Shown here: positions 45,404-60,035 of the stretch, one piece after another
Layout: every line of letters starts with the position of its first letter
Numbering within the stretch: the stretch's first letter is position 1
Assembly: GCA_010015805.1 (NCBI GenBank)
Contig: ML978125.1
Coordinates: forward strand, 124,001-188,000
DNA from: Rhizodiscina lignyota
Taxonomy: Eukaryota
Length of the DNA: 64,000 nt
Reading direction: 5' to 3'
The notes under the pieces: generated by a model
What the model was told of the DNA's origin: nothing
The model's input: only the letters and a program-made list of their open reading frames with translations
The model's database searches: none
Made by a program: the position numbers and the translations under genes

Positions 45404-47313
45404 TCATGAAGGAAGATCGCGGCCCCTTTCTTGCTGTAAGATCCACACTTTTGGTTCCATCCTGAGCCGCAGCCACCATCCTTTCGTGACGTGTCGCCGT
45501 GCAAACTCCTCAAGCTGCAGCAATTGTAAATACCATGGAGCATCAAACCCCTTCTGCGGCACATGCGCGTGCAGCTCTCTGCCATCTTTCATGTGAAGCT
45601 CGATGTCCTGCTCGTCGACACCAGCATATCCCGGTTTCAGCAACCGCACGCCAGAAAATCCATATATGATGTCCAGGACATCCCAACTTCCAGGCACTCG
45701 CGCAGGGCTCTCAGCCAAAGCATAGTTGAATTGCGTCCAGAAAGAAGGGTCCAGGAGAGTGCTCTCGTCCTCAGTCTTATCGTATACCCACACCGTAGGG
45801 GCACTCTCCGTATCAAGAATGGAATCTGTTCCAGGAGGTGGAAGCTGCAAGAACCTTGTGACCCCAGTTTGGCAGCTGAGGTTGTCTAGATGCACCTTGA
45901 CAACCCCAGAGCTGTTCGCATAAGCTAGGCTGTGGAGTCGAGTCAGGGCTTCCCCGCCAGGATAATTTAAACTGGAGACGGCAAGCAACAACGAGCTTGT
46001 GAGGAATGAAAGTAAAACGGATAGCACGAGCGCCATGCTCAACATGCCGCACACGTATTTCCCGAACCAGCCACTCCTAAGCCGCTGTTTCCAGATCCAG
46101 TCCGCACCAGCAGCGGCAACCGCCGTCAAGGATGGAACCACATAGATTATAAAGCGCCATTCTTTATGCGGTAGAAGCGAGTAGATCCCGATGAACGAAA
46201 TGCTTGGGATCAAGAGCGCAAAGCTCCGCGATCGTGAAGCAGACGTGATTATGGTGATGGCTGTTGGTGTGCATATCCCAATCGTTAAGGGATTGAGCAA
46301 TAGCTTTGGAAGGGCGTTCGTAAAGTAATAGTCCCACGGCGATACGCCCCACTCAGAGGACTTGCCGAGAATGGTGTTGTAGTAAAATCCAACGAGCTCC
46401 GGCCATAATGGAAACTTCTGCCAGAAGAAAGAGTCTACGGACACAGTTGCAGCCAACCCTAGTGCAGCTCCCACAAGGCCAGCAGGGATGATGGTCTTTA
46501 GTGATGCTCGTCGGCGGAGAAGCAAATAGATCAGATGCGTTGCAAGAAAGATGGCAATTTCAGACCGGAAGACCACCCCTGCTAAAGTCATGAGGAACAC
46601 AGCCTGTCGGATATACTGTTTCGACCAGTAATGATTTGGCTCGTACAAGTTTGCGAGCATGTAGCTTCGCATGGCGATGGTAGCTATTGAAACATGATTA
46701 GTTCAGATGAGTAAAATTGATCGGTGACTCAGCGTACTCATTCCAAAGGCATACATGTTTGGCAGTGTCCGCGAGGCATAGTAGATGATATGGAATTGGC
46801 TTGCCTGAAACAAGACATACCACTTGCTCGCTGACGGCCCAAATGTTCGAGCAACGGCGTTTCGGAGAGACAGTAATGCACCTGCATTGAAGAGGCCCAG
46901 TATCGCGCGGACTATTGTAACATGTGAGTCAAATACAGTCAAATTCAGCGGCTGAAGGAGCCATACCAAGCAGCTGCCTCTGTTCAGGAGCAGTCAACCA
47001 GCCAGTCCAGGGCTTGGAGAGTCCAGCGAGAACCAGAGCCCCCGTAAAGGTTCGAGGAACCGAGCCTGGAAAAGATACATGATCATAGTTCTGATTCAGA
47101 TATTGAGCAACATCTGAAGTCGGGATGCCATACGTGAGGATGTCGTGAGCGGCCTGGATATTGAAGGACTCCTCGACTTTGGTGTACGGCGATACAAACA
47201 AGTGTAGTAAGATCACGCTGGGAATAAGGAGCGTCAGGAACGCATCTGCAAAGTCATTGGTATTCGTTTTCAATATTTTCAGTGAGAGGCTTACCATATA
47301 ATGGTTCCATCAT
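45404..47313 (-). CDS. ALG12: Dol-P-Man alpha-1,6-mannosyltransferase (GT22)
   Basis: [59 protein letters not shown] and CQTGVTRF. Micro first exon MMEPLY. Confidence 0.93.
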
Positions 47314-47521
47314 TTTGCCATGGTGTTTTACATGAGGTATGTAGTCTTTATATGTAGCAAGGAAAGGTCGTGAAATGTGATGCCTGTCCACATGCGGGAC
47401 CCCTGCAGCAATCCATCGAAATATCAAGCTGTCCACAACTCGCAGGTCCACCACCTCGTCTACCTTCAACCTTCCACCCACCTCGACTCGCAAGCCACCT
47501 GTCACTTGCCTCTCCGTCGCG
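47314..47521. promoter_or_regulatory. Probable bidirectional promoter for ALG12 and YOS1
   Basis: About 208 bp separates the divergent start codons. Confidence 0.6.
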
Positions 47522-48005
47522 ATGTTGTTCTTCGGCCTCGGAAGTCTCTTTTATGGTCCGCAATATCGCACGCGCTGCACACAGCACATGTATGCTAACA
47601 ATCACCTCCAGTTTCCATCCTCCTCGTGAACGCGATCGCCATTCTCTCAGAAGACCGCTTCCTCGCACGCAGTATGCTCCCTCTCACAGCCGCCTCTGAT
47701 GCTTCATTGTATGCTGTATACTGACTCAAGTGACGTATAGTCGGATGGGGTGCGACAACAGACCCAGGCTTTGGGGGGGCACAGGACACGACGAGCGTCA
47801 AAGCGAAGATTATCAACCTTATCGCATCAGTACGGACATTAATGAGAAGTACGTGTGCCCTTCTCCGTTTAATAAGGGGCATAATAGCCGCCATTCTGGC
47901 TCTCAGGACTCTTAGACTTTGGACTGACGCGTGGCCGTTCGGCTTACAGTACCTCTCATCATAATCAATACTTTGATCATAATTTACGAACTTGTCCTTG
48001 GTTGA
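47522..48005 (+). CDS. YOS1: Yos1 ER-Golgi transport membrane protein (4 exons)
   Basis: Manually spliced: MLFFGLGSLFYVSILLVNAIAILSEDRFLARIGWG...VKAKIINLIASVRTLMRIPLIIINTLIIIYELVLG*. Not represented as such in the ORF track. Confidence 0.92.
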
Positions 48006-48720
48006 GGAATTGCACGGCAATTTCATGAATCAAACAAGATGCACCACTGGCAGCTGCAGCTCCGCGTAGATTGCTAGCATGCCGTCCACATGCCGTCCGC
48101 ATACATCCCGTGGCCCAAGCTAGCCATGTCCGCACGAACAAAGCATATCCTCCGAGCTTGGTATATATGCCATGTTTAATGGAAAACGCAACGAATGTGG
48201 AAGGCTGAATGACGGTACTCGGGCAGACACAAGTCGAGCGGCATTGGGCTCCGGTGTAGGCATTGATACCAGCGATCAAAAGCGCCAACCATGGATAAGT
48301 GAGCGAGGTAGCATTTGAAGGTCTTCTCCAAAGCAGCTAGCAGTAAGAGAAAATATACAGTAGAGCATCATGCATTCAGCATCACCATCAACCTCCAGAA
48401 AAAAAATTGAATCCCTTGCCCATCGTCCACCGCCTCTCGCCTCTTTGTCCTGAGGCAGCGCATTTCAAACTCCGTCAATATGCACAGAAGAAGTAGGCTA
48501 GGTATCCTCATGCCAGAAAAACCACAACGTCCAAAAGAGAAAATTTTCGCAAGGCCCACATTCCCTTTTTTCATGCCACTCTTCTTCCAACCATGGTCCG
48601 AAAAGAGAACCTAGTCAGAACAGAAAAACCGCCGACATTAGCAGGGTATCGGGCACGTATAACAAGCCGCAAAGCTATTAAGCGGCTGTACGCATCAATA
48701 AGAGGCGAAAGGCTCCCTTT

Positions 48721-51354
48721 TCAATCCTTCAAAGCCGTAGACTTCTTCCTCCCAATGCTGAATCGGTGCTTTTTCTCGTGCTTTTCGGGCGTCGCTGCGG
48801 CAGAGGGAGTTGCTGAGGCTGGGGCGCTTGGAGCGGGCGACTTCACTGGCGCTGGGATCGTCGATGTCATAGTTGCAGCAGTGGGTGGTTGTGCTGCACC
48901 GGGCGCAGATGGTGTGGTAGTCACCGGAGACTCTGTGGTAGGGCTTGTGACTTCTAGTTGCGATGGGCCCCTCTCTGTCGTTGCTGTGGACGTAGCAACG
49001 GTGGGTTGGGCAGGTTGCGTATTCGTGGTGTCTTTGAGTTGCGGCTGCTCGCCTTTATCTTTATCCTTCCCGCCCCAGCGCTTCCCACGTATCGTCATGC
49101 TGCTCGGTCTGAACCTATTCAACCCACCACCTATAATGCCGTTCTCCTTCTCTTTCTCCTTCATCGTGTCTGATGACCCAGAAGTCGAAGCCTCCTTGGT
49201 CGTCTTCTCCCTGTCCAGCTTGTATGTCTCCTTGCTCGCCGCAATCGCAGCCTTCATCTCCTCCTCTTGCCGCTTGTAGTTATCCTGCCGCCGCTTTTCC
49301 ATCTCTTTCCTCTTTTCAATTAGTTCCTTCTCTCGCTGCTTCTCATATTCCTTTTCCGCAGCCTTGTTCGCCTTTTGCGCTGCCTTCTCTGCCGCCTTCC
49401 GTTCCTTCTCCTCCCTCTGTCGCTCCTTCTTGCTTTGCGGGTCGCTCTTCTTTCCCGTCACGGTCAGGTTCCTGGCCAGGCCTGGAGACGTCATAGCAGG
49501 TTCCAACGGAGCAGCAGCAGCTGGTACAACCGGCGGCGCTGGCTGTACAGGTGCAGTTGCTGCATGGTCGAGACTTGCAAATATCTCGCCTTCCTCAGCG
49601 GTGGGTGTCGACGGCGACGGAGCGTGATTGACATATCCGTTCGGTAGATGAGTGCCATTTGTCTTGCCAGGAGTGTCCTTAAAGCCCTCTGTAGCTTTGC
49701 GCTCTGCTTCACGCCCTTCCTCGTCCTGCTCCTTCTGCATGGCTTCCAACGTCGTCTCTTGGTAGAAAAGCACATATGCGCACGCGAGAACGTTCTCGCC
49801 GCCGAAGAAATTCCTTACATAGCTCTTGTCAACTGGCTCCACCATCTCATCATCGAAAAGTAACCATCCACGATCCTGAGTCTTGATTATAGATACGTAA
49901 TGTCCGTGGTATGGCCCTCCACCAATGTGGACTACCACAGCATAGAGCTCGTATAACCGATCTGGATCCTCCGCATCGTCTGTCGTGTTGAATAAGCGCA
50001 AGTAGTAAGGGTATACGACTCGATGGAAAAGCTTCTGCAGTCTCTGCAGATCCTCGGTATATTTGAATCGCTTCAAATGCAACGCCAATATCCGCGGTAA
50101 CCGTTTGATCTTCATCCTCTTCTCCGCCTCTTGCAGGCCGCCGCAGTTGTCACAGTGGAACTTATTCCTCTCACACAGCATCTCCTCCTCTGAGAACTTC
50201 CGAAGACATGAAGTAACCGAAGAATGCTGCTCCAAATCCACTGAAAGGTCGAGGAAAGCCTCATCTCTGTGTGATGTATTCTCGCACGTTAGGCATCGTG
50301 TCTCTGATGTGAGTGTGCCCTCAAAGAGCTCATGAACCCAGCCGATGTTATTCATGCCATTTGTCGTTGACAGTCCTTGCGTGTTCGTTACGACGGTTGA
50401 AACTGCACTTGCCAAAGGCGCATCCGCTTCGTCGCTCTTCCGCAGTTCTTGTGAGAAGTGCTCCACATTCTCCACGACTTCGTTCAGCAGCAGATTCAAG
50501 AACTCGTGCGCATCTTGGTGCATCGGTGTCCGGAACATTTCGTTCTCTCGTCTCAGAATCTCTAGGAACTTGTACGGGCTCACTATACCCATGCGCGACT
50601 TGTGATGAATAACCGCCTCAAAGATATCCTTCAGCGCCGTAAACAGCGACGGAGGCATGTTGTAGGCGGTCGAGTTCTCGTAGTCCATTGTGAGATGTGG
50701 TCCGGCCGCCATAGCCTGCTTCTTCTTGTACTCTGGCGAGTCCTTGTTGTCCTCGGGCTTGCCTTGCTGCTGTCCCCCTGGTCCCGTAGGTTGGCCTTGC
50801 TTTGCCTTCTGTTGCGCTAACTGATTTGGCGTGGCGATACCGCCAGGTTTGGCGGGAGACATCGCACCGTTCGGGGCATTTCCGTTGACGGCGGTATTGA
50901 CTCGAGGTACGTGGGTACGATTTAGAGATTCATATGGTGAACGTGTGGGAAAACTGATGACCTGTTCCCGAAAAGGCGTGGAGTAGTAGAGACATTGTAC
51001 GATCGAGTTGCAATAGCATGTACTGCCAAACTGTGCGGTTGAGGTTAGCTATTGCTCCACAAACTCTGCGCCTCAACGCGCGAGATGCGACGACGGTCCA
51101 TGACAAATCGAGGGGCGCATACGTTTTCCATGCCAAAGTATTTGTCGCTGCCATCTTCTCTGACGGGTATCGATTCCGAGTCGGCCAGAAGCTTCTGGAG
51201 TGGAGTGATCTCCGCGATTTCTTTCTTCGCAGGCGTCGAGGGACTTGAGGGACCCTTCTTCTATGTTAGTAAGGGCAGTTGTGCACACGTTGCGCCCGTC
51301 AGGCAGCGGAAGCATTACCGAAGCGCTTTTGAAGCGCGTTAGGAACGAAGACAT
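48721..51354 (-). CDS. creB: Ubiquitin C-terminal hydrolase, CreB/Ubp9-13 type
   Basis: [15 protein letters not shown] Cys box across an intron, HQDAHEFLN, His box [11 protein letters not shown] and LLFDDE. Charged coiled-coil and S/T/P-rich tail. Confidence 0.88.
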
Positions 51355-52703
51355 GATGCTCTCTTCGAGGTGGAGTGAGGCAAGCCGCGCGACGTGCTGC
51401 TGCTATGGCTGGCAGAGGGTGGCAGCATGAGGCTGTGTGGATGGGCGGCGTGTATGCGCTCAAGCGGCGGACAAACAAGGCGGCATTGGAGGGGCGACGG
51501 GATGGCAGATGGGATTCAGGCGCGGTGGACACTTGCAATGGCAAAGTGAGGTTCGAACGGGTGGCAGAGAAGTGTGACCTGCAGCGGGGGCGCGGGAGGG
51601 AGAGTCAGTTGGAGGTTGCGTGTTACCGGCAAATGTGCCACACTAGATCGTCGACGAGACGAAGGATTTCTGCGTTACAGTCAGTCCAAGAGTCGACGCG
51701 ACCAGGGTGCCGGACAACAGTTCGTGCGCCTGTCCAACGGACGTGCAACGGCAGCGCTGTAGCTCCCGCTCGCCCTCGCCGCTGTTTGTCCAGCAACCGC
51801 CTTGTACCTATCGTAGCGAGCGCGCGCTAAAGACGTGCGTCGACACGGAGTTTAGGTGCTTGGGAAGAGGATGCATGCTGCCCCCAAGCACCCTCGTGTC
51901 GCGATGCTCGTCATTTGCTGCTGCCACGAGGCCGGCCACCTATCCGCGCTCCCGGGCTTGTTACCTACCAATTCGATGGGATCATCGGCCTTCCAGAAGC
52001 CCTGTAGCGTGGAGCTTGCAGCAGATTTCCGGGGCATGCCTCGACGCTCCGTGGCGATCGCTGCTGTGTTCTCGCGAGCTGCAATTGCAGTCTGTCTCGC
52101 TGCTCATCTCACCACCGACTACAACATGACAGCATGAGAGTTGCCAATCGTTCCATGTGCACCGCTGGATATAGCCGAGAAGAGCCAGGTCGCCGCCGCC
52201 GAACGGCGTATCGAGCGGCATCTGCATGGCCGGCTCAGACAGCAGGGATGGCGCGCGTCCACCAGTGAGCATCACCCGTCGCGCATATCAGCAAGCGACT
52301 ATAATAAGCGTCTTCATTGTCATCTATAGCACGTTTGTATCTGGCCGATTAGTGGCCTCGGTCACGCTCGCGGCATTGCTGAGAGTCGCCACCATGGTTA
52401 TATAGGAGGCCCGTGAGTAGAAAGCAACCACTTCAGTCGACATTACACGCGCCACTGTCTCTATATCTTGCCCTTGTCGCTTCGCTTCACCACGCTGCAA
52501 CCGGTCATTTGCCCGGCAGCCGCGCCAATGCAGAGGATTCTATGCTCAAGCGACATGCATTTCGTCGCAACTATACCCGAGCATGCTGAGCATCAATCGA
52601 ATGCTGGCTGACGACTTGCAAGATTGCCGAGAAGCTCTGGCCGCCATAACAACTCGGCAGATACTCTACGTAAACCAAACTTGCCTGTTCGTCGAACTTC
52701 CCC

Positions 52704-55700
52704 TCAGCCACTGCGTCCTATGTTCCAGCCAGTCACCGTCCTCTCACTCTCATACTTCCTCATCGCCGCCAAAGATGGCCTTGACGATGGCGCCGGGCTA
52801 TGATCGGTGCTCTTGCTTTGCAAGCGCCGCAAGTGACTGCTTGTCTCTGCTCTCGTCGGTCTCTCAAATTCAGCAGCAGCATCTTCCTGTTCAGCTAGTA
52901 GGTCCATATTCTCTTTCGTGAGCGCCTGGCGGACGCCCAAACCCCTCGCCTCGCCCTTCTCCTCCTCACTAAGGAGATGCTGCTGCTGTCGTGGGTTCTC
53001 AGTCATGGATAAGAGCTTGTCATCACGCAGACTTAATGCTTTCTCTTCTGCTGCTGCGCGTCTCGTCTCTCGATCATGCTCCGAGCCTTCAGAGCGATTC
53101 AGAGCCGTCCGGTTGGCCCAGTCGATGTGACTCAACTTATCCGATAGATGACGAGTTAATCTGTCCATATTCTGGCCTTTCCGTGGCACTTCTGGCTCAT
53201 CCAATGGCGTCTCCGAGCTGTCAGTCAGAGTTTGCAGTTGTCGGAAGTCTTGCGAACTGACATCGGTCTTGTCCTTCGCCGCATCCGCAGCCTGCTTGCG
53301 CTTCGCCTCCAACGCCCACTTCACAAGCATCTTCTCCAATAGCTTCGGTTTCACGGGCTTCGCTAAGTAGTCATCCATACCCGCGCGCTTGCACTTCTCC
53401 CGATCACCTTGTATTGCGGACGCAGTCATCGCGACTATAGGGATTTTGCGGATACTCGAGGAATTTTTGAATGGTTCTTGTGTACGAATGGTGTGCGTTG
53501 CACGATACCCATCCAAGATGGGCATTTGCACGTCCATCAATATGATATCTGGACGAGGATTTTCTGGCGTAGGAGCTCTCAGGAGATAATCGAGAGCCTC
53601 ACGACCGTTCCAGACGGCGTTGACGGAGAACCCGAGTTTCTTGATCGTCTTGAGCGCTATTTGCTGATTTATCTGGCTGTAGGAATTGTCAGCAAGTTCC
53701 ACGTTGCGGGAAGTAGTCAGGAATTAGTGGACATGGAAATAGACATGAAGGATCACTCAGACTTACTTGTCTTCCACAATAAGCACATGGATCTTGCTCC
53801 TCTCCTCCTCCGGTATATCAACAATGTCATCCGCACCTTGGACAATGGACGAAATTCTCGATAGCGAACCAGAGTGGTCTCTCTTGTGGCCCAGCTCCTG
53901 CTGAGAAGACAGCTTCGGTGTATGCGGATTGCGATTCATCTCATCCGACCCAAACGACAGAGAAGCATCAGACTGCAGTCGATCAGGAATCTGCGTGACA
54001 TCTACGAGCGGCGAGCCGTCGTTTGAATAAGACACCTTGCTGAAGGGTATCCAGAATGTCGCCTTCGTTCCGGAACCAAGCCTAGACTCGAGTTGGATCT
54101 TGCCATGCATCAACTCCACGAGGTTCTTGCTGATGGTGAGGCCGAGACCTGTGCCTCCGAACCGTCGAGCTGTGGACGAGTCTGCTTGGCTGAACGGCTT
54201 GAACAGCCTCTTACGCACTTCTTCTTCGATACCTATCCCAGTGTCCTCCACGACAAATTGAACGCTCACGGCGTTGTCCGTCTCCCCGATGACCGAGACC
54301 GTGAGGTGGACATAGCCGCTGGTAGTGAACTTGATGCTGTTCGTCAGAAGATTGGTAAGGACCTGGCGCACACGACCCGGATCGCCCATAACAGTCAGAT
54401 CGCGCTCAATTTCCGACGCGATGCTGCACTCATAATCAAGCCCCTTCTTCCAAGCTGCAAACGAGAGCATCTTGTTGACGTCGCGAATGGCTACGGAAAG
54501 GCTAAACTGGACTTCTTCGATATCGAGCCGCCCAGACTCAACCTTTGAAAAGTCAAGAATCTACGCTACTGGTCAGCAGACAGACATGTTAAAGAGCTCA
54601 CAGGTGCGCATTCATACATCATTGATCACAGTGAGAAGTCCATTCGCAGACCTTTGAATGTTGTCGGCACAGTCGCGCTGCTCTTGATCAAGTTTCGTGT
54701 CCATGAGGATCTCGCTCATGCCGATAACTCCAGCGATAGGAGTACGTATCTCATGTGACATCTACTCAATGTTAGTGATTGCATCTTCCGAAGAGCGTCG
54801 CTCCTTGCACAAGTGTATCGGTAGGTCTCAGAGTGATCTACTCTGTTGCGAGCCTTCTTAAAGCAGTTGAATCGGTGGCAAAACTTACATTTGCTAAAAA
54901 CTGGGATTTCATTCGACTAGCTTCTTTAGCAGCTACAGCATTAGCAAGGAGCCTCGCGTTCTCCCGTTCCTGCTTCCGGAGCTCATCTTCGCGATCCCGA
55001 AGCTCTGTAGATGAAGAAGTCAGCTACTATGACGCGGCATTTGTGACTCCGTCAATCTTGTCATCATACCTGTCACGTCCATGCTAAGTCCGATGACGCC
55101 GTCGATGAACTTCTTGCTGTCGATGCCATCATTCCGACCCTGGTGATAAAGGGGCAATATGCGAGATCTGAACCATTTCCCGCTGCCATCTATATGTATC
55201 TCGACAATCTCCTCGGTCGCGCGATCCTGCAAGATGTCTTCAATCGGCTTCTTCAGAAAGTCAATGTCGTCCCCGCCCTGTCTCTGGCCAAACACCTCGT
55301 ATATATTACGGCCAATTGAACTCGGACCAATGTCTGCACTCCCTCCTTCCTCGGGCGTGTTCTTCCACATAAGGTTTCCTTCGAGGAGCGTCAAGTTGCG
55401 ATTTCGATCAACCGCCCATAGCGTTACGTGTGCATGCTCGATGACCTTGAGCAATTGCTCTCGAAGCGACTTGGCCGCTTGTCGGGTTTCAACAAGCTCA
55501 TGAATGTCCGTACACGTTCCGAACCACTTGAGAATCCTCCCCTGATTGTCCCTGAGAGGGAGAGCGCGACCTAACATCCATCTCCACATGCCATCGAATC
55601 GCCTGCAGCGGTACTCTACGATGTACTCGTCGCCCGTTGCAAGGGAATGTGCCCATCTTTTGCTCGTCTCGGGCATATCGTCCGGGTGGAACGATGTTGT

Positions 55701-57678
55701 CCAGCGCTCTCCCAGAGATTCTTCGGGAGTCAGGCCTGTGTAATCATACCATCTCTGCGAGAACCAATCCGGTAACCCTGCTGACGTGCTTGTCCAAACT
55801 ATGGGTGGGATCATATTGGCAATGTTTCCAAGCTGATGTGCATTCTCAAGAACTTGCTCGGCGAGCTGATTACTAAGATCTGTATCGTCGCGGAAAGTGC
55901 ATAGACCACCGAGGAATTGGCCGCTGTCATCTGTTATCATCTCGCCGTGGACGGTGAAGATGATTTTGGCGCCGGTTTCGGGATGCCTCATTCCAATCCG
56001 TCGGCTGACAAAGGGCTTTTGATTCCGCACGAGATCCACGACGGGAAATTCATCAACACTAAGCCGCCGGGTGAAGTCTTCTGTATACATCTTGAATTGT
56101 GACAGAAACTCGCTCTGATCTAGATCAGCCATTTCGTATGTGGCCTCCGGGTTTGGATGCAGCTTTAGCAAGCCTCGATTAGGAATACCGAAGCTTTCAT
56201 CTTTCCACATCGCATAAGCAGGCATGTTTGTAGAGTTCAATATGGCATCCTTCATTTGTGAAGCTTTCGCAAACATTGAGTGTGCCGTAGATTGGCTAGA
56301 TCTAGTCGGCGGACCGCTAGGGGGGAATACAGGTGGTCTGACACTAGGCGAACTGCCGTGCGAACTCGGATTGGAGCTCAGTGCGGACCGTCTACCACCT
56401 TTGCCTTGGGAAGATGAGGAAGACAGTGAGCCTGGTGATTGCCTCAACATTGTGTTAGTTCGAGCGACGGTGCGGGTAGATGAGCGCTCTATCGGTCGCG
56501 TCGTCGGCTGAGGAGCTGCGCTTGTGAACGTCAGAGTTATGTATTGCTGCTCTTCCAGAGTCCAGACCGAAATAATCATCGTGGCTTGGAGCGGCGCCCC
56601 GAGGGACGATTTGGCGGGCTTTGAGCTGGATGATTTCGATGCGGGGCATCGATCGCATGAGATCAGCACATCGATAGTCGTTTCATGGATCGTGGTCGAG
56701 TTGAGATTAGACCTCGAGAGGTTTTGAGGTGTTGGTGATTCTTTAAACTGTCCTGGTTTTGGCGTGCTCGATCTGCTCGTGGAATCTCCGTGGTCGCTGG
56801 TGTCTGCGCCCTCTGCCTCACTGGGAGTCTTTGAGCTGTTCTTAACCACACCATCTAGGAAATCCTGTGAAGATGTGAGCACTGTGAATAACAGAAGCAG
56901 TTGGCCAAAGAAGGTGTCTCCTGCATCATCTCTTTGTCTTGATATAGTATAATTCTTGCCAGCAGCATATTGTACAAGTCACTCAGCCTTGGAAGTTCGC
57001 GTCTATTTGTCAGAGAAATTTCCTCTATAAATAGGCCCACTACTCCCAAGGCTGTCGCTGCTTGACGAAAGAATTTTTCTGCTGATTGTTTCGTCTCGTA
57101 CGCATTCGCGGCTGGCAGAACGGCGAGCAAGAGCTGATGCCATAGGGCGCGAGGTGAGGAATACAAGTATATGAAACTTGCTGGGGTGCTTGATCTGTAT
57201 CGTGGTGAAGAAAGCGACTTACCTCCCACGAGATCAGTATTGGACTTCCCCTTTGTAAGAGATCAATTCCAAGTTGACCAATACTGTATCCATGAAGTAT
57301 ATCCGTCACTGACATGACGCCCTCACCACCGCGTTCCATTTCGTTCGGAAACTGCAATAGCTTGATATTAAGCAGTCGCCCCATCGCTTCATTCGCAAGG
57401 ATGACAGTTTTCTGCGACGAGAGCACGATGAGAGGTACCGGAAGGTATTGCAATGCCGCAAACGCAGGCACGATCGCATTCGAAGGTTCGACCATGGACA
57501 GTGGTTGGCTTCTAACAGACGAGGGTGACGATGCTCCATCTGGCTGTAGGTCAAAGTAGGAATCCGCACCAATATCTAGGTTGGTTTCATTCAAGGCTGC
57601 CGGTGAGGCAATATTGGTTCTGGCGACATCACCGCGACTGTCGACAAGGGCCTCGCCATGGAACTCGGACGACTTCAT
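52704..57678 (-). CDS. PAS-domain hybrid histidine kinase (HisKA-HATPase-receiver)
   Basis: PAS/PAC segments ([25 protein letters not shown]), H box [14 protein letters not shown] split by an intron, [22 protein letters not shown], and receiver [19 protein letters not shown]. Confidence 0.93.
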
Positions 57679-58556
57679 GTTCCCGTACCAGCCCCAGATT
57701 CTTTGCGCAAGCGGTTAGAGACTCCAATCTCCTCGATCGACCGTCCAGCATTGCTTGAGCAATGTTACGGCAGGTGTTGCTAAAATTTGGGAGTGAAGCA
57801 AGGAGGTTGGAATGAAGATGGGTACGTGAGGAGCTAGGGATTGGGGATAGTACGTGAAGAAGAAGAAGAAGTTGTTGGGTGTTGTTCTCTGAGATTAGAA
57901 GAGGAAACTGCAACTGGTGGATAGCTTCAATCTAAGGACGGATCGTCGGGCCTAGACCACGAATCACGTCCAAAGGATCTGAAGTCGTAGTACTTCGTAG
58001 ACCTGCTCTGCGCAGATGCACAAACGACTCGCGGGTAGAGAGTAAGGAGGAAGAAGTGTTAACAGAGGTGCATAGAGTGATAAAATTCTTTAATGAAGGT
58101 GTAAAGGTCATCGAGAGAAGAGACAGACCGAGCCTTGACAGTGCCACAGGGCGACAGGGTACAATGCTCATGTTGGACGATCCAAGGGTTTGCAGTCCAA
58201 GCAAATGACGTCGATGGCTGCTGTTCGGGAAAGTCCCGATCGCATCATCGCGAAATGCCATTCTCCAAAATCCTTTGAGGCGCAAGGGCTTACGCTAGCA
58301 AGCTGCTACATGGGAGTCGTTGAAGCTTGTATCCGAACGTTTCGGCGGCGAATACCTTCCATGGTCGCATTTTGGAGACGTCTATGGTAGTCTGTCCACC
58401 ACGAGAGGTCAGGAGAGGTGCAGCTTGCGCCAGGGTCCCGGCCAACCCCAGCGATCACCTCGCCTCACAGCCAACTTGAGCACCTCAACATCATGATTCT
58501 TGAAGAATTCGAGGACCCTGAGATCAACGCTCCACGGAGCTGATCCTGCCGCTCTC

Positions 58557-60035
58557 ATGCAGTTACCCTCACTGGCTTCGTTAGCCGTCCCTGCAGTGCT
58601 CATCCTGGTTTCCTTTCTTGGATACTCTTCGCAATATTTGTTCCTGTATATCGAGCCGCAGCCCCTAACGCGTGATGAGCTTTTGAAGTTCAACATATTG
58701 CTCGCAGCGTTGTTCATATGCTACGCGCGAGCCTGTACTACAGACCCTGGCCGCCTGCCTGCAGAGGCAGACAAAGGCGATTCTGAAGAAGTCAATGTCG
58801 ATCGGCGACCACGGTGGTGCAGAAAATGCAACGCGGCCAAGTGGCCACGTGCACATCATTGCAAGACTTGCGGGAGGTAGATATTCGATGAAACATGCAG
58901 TCCAGCTGTAACGTAGCTCACTATTCGCGCAGATGCATTCCGAAAATGGACCATCATGTACGCCAGATCCAAAGACGGTCAACAAGAATGATATTGATCG
59001 CTATAGTGTCCATGGACCGTGAACTGCGTTTCACATACAACGTATCCTCACTTCATTCGATTCGTCTTCTACGCAGTCGCTGCAATGGGCTATCTCCTTA
59101 AACTCCTCTATGTCAGAGATGCCGTTATCTGGCGGAACCGCAACCTTCCAATGTATCTCGGCCCATCAGTCCCCCAGCTCGTACATCTGCTACTCCTGAA
59201 TGTCGCGAACTCCTTGACCTTCTTTGCCCTCATTATCCTTCTGGTCGGCTCGCTCTGGAATCTCGCAGTCAACCAAACAACAATAGAGACGTGGGAAATA
59301 GAGCGACATGAAGCACTTCTCCGCCGAGCTCGACACTTCGGAGGTTATCTAGACGGTCCTGAAGGTACCCGCATCAAGATTGTGAAACAAGAATTCCCTT
59401 ACGACATTGGCATTTGGAAAAACATTGCGCAGGGCATGGGGAGCAGCAATGTAAGTACGCCAGATCCATCACCATGACAAGCTTGTGGGTAACACATTCT
59501 TTGTACAGCCTCTTAGCTGGTTTTGGCCACTCTCGCGGACGCCCTCCGTCGCATCAGGAATAAGCTTTGAGACGAACGGATTTGAAGGCAAGTCACGAGA
59601 GCCCTTTATGTTTCCCATTGTCATTAACTAGGCATAGATCCTTCTGTGTCATGGCCGCCCCCTGACCCAGATCGCATCACGAGGAAGTTTGCGGGCCCAG
59701 AGGCATCTCCAGTGTTCACAGTTGATGAGAGCGAGTCGAACCAAGCTCGAATCGAGGCATTTCGTCAACGGCAACAGAAGGACCTGCAGAGATGGCAGAA
59801 AGGCGATGGAGAGGCCACCGTTCGGAAGCGCAAGACTTTCCACAAGCGTTTTGATGACGACGATAATGATACAGATGAACCTGCAGGTGACGAGAGCGGC
59901 GAAGAGGGCTGGAAGAATTCAGAAGGTGAAAGGCTGAAAGACTTTGGCGTTGACGAAGAGGTAGAGTTTTATGACGAGGAAGATTTGCCGCTTGCGAAAC
60001 TCATTGAGAAGCGGAGAGCTGCAGCATCTCGATAG
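58557..60035 (+). CDS. PFA4: DHHC palmitoyltransferase
   Basis: WCRKC..RAHHCKTC, KMDHH|CPWTVNCV across an intron, NQTTIETWEIERH, EFPYDIG, WPPPDPDR and DFGVDEEVEFYDE. Confidence 0.9.

Noticed and set aside
48593..49279. 228-aa plus-strand ORF
   Set aside because: Antisense shadow of the low-complexity creB tail.
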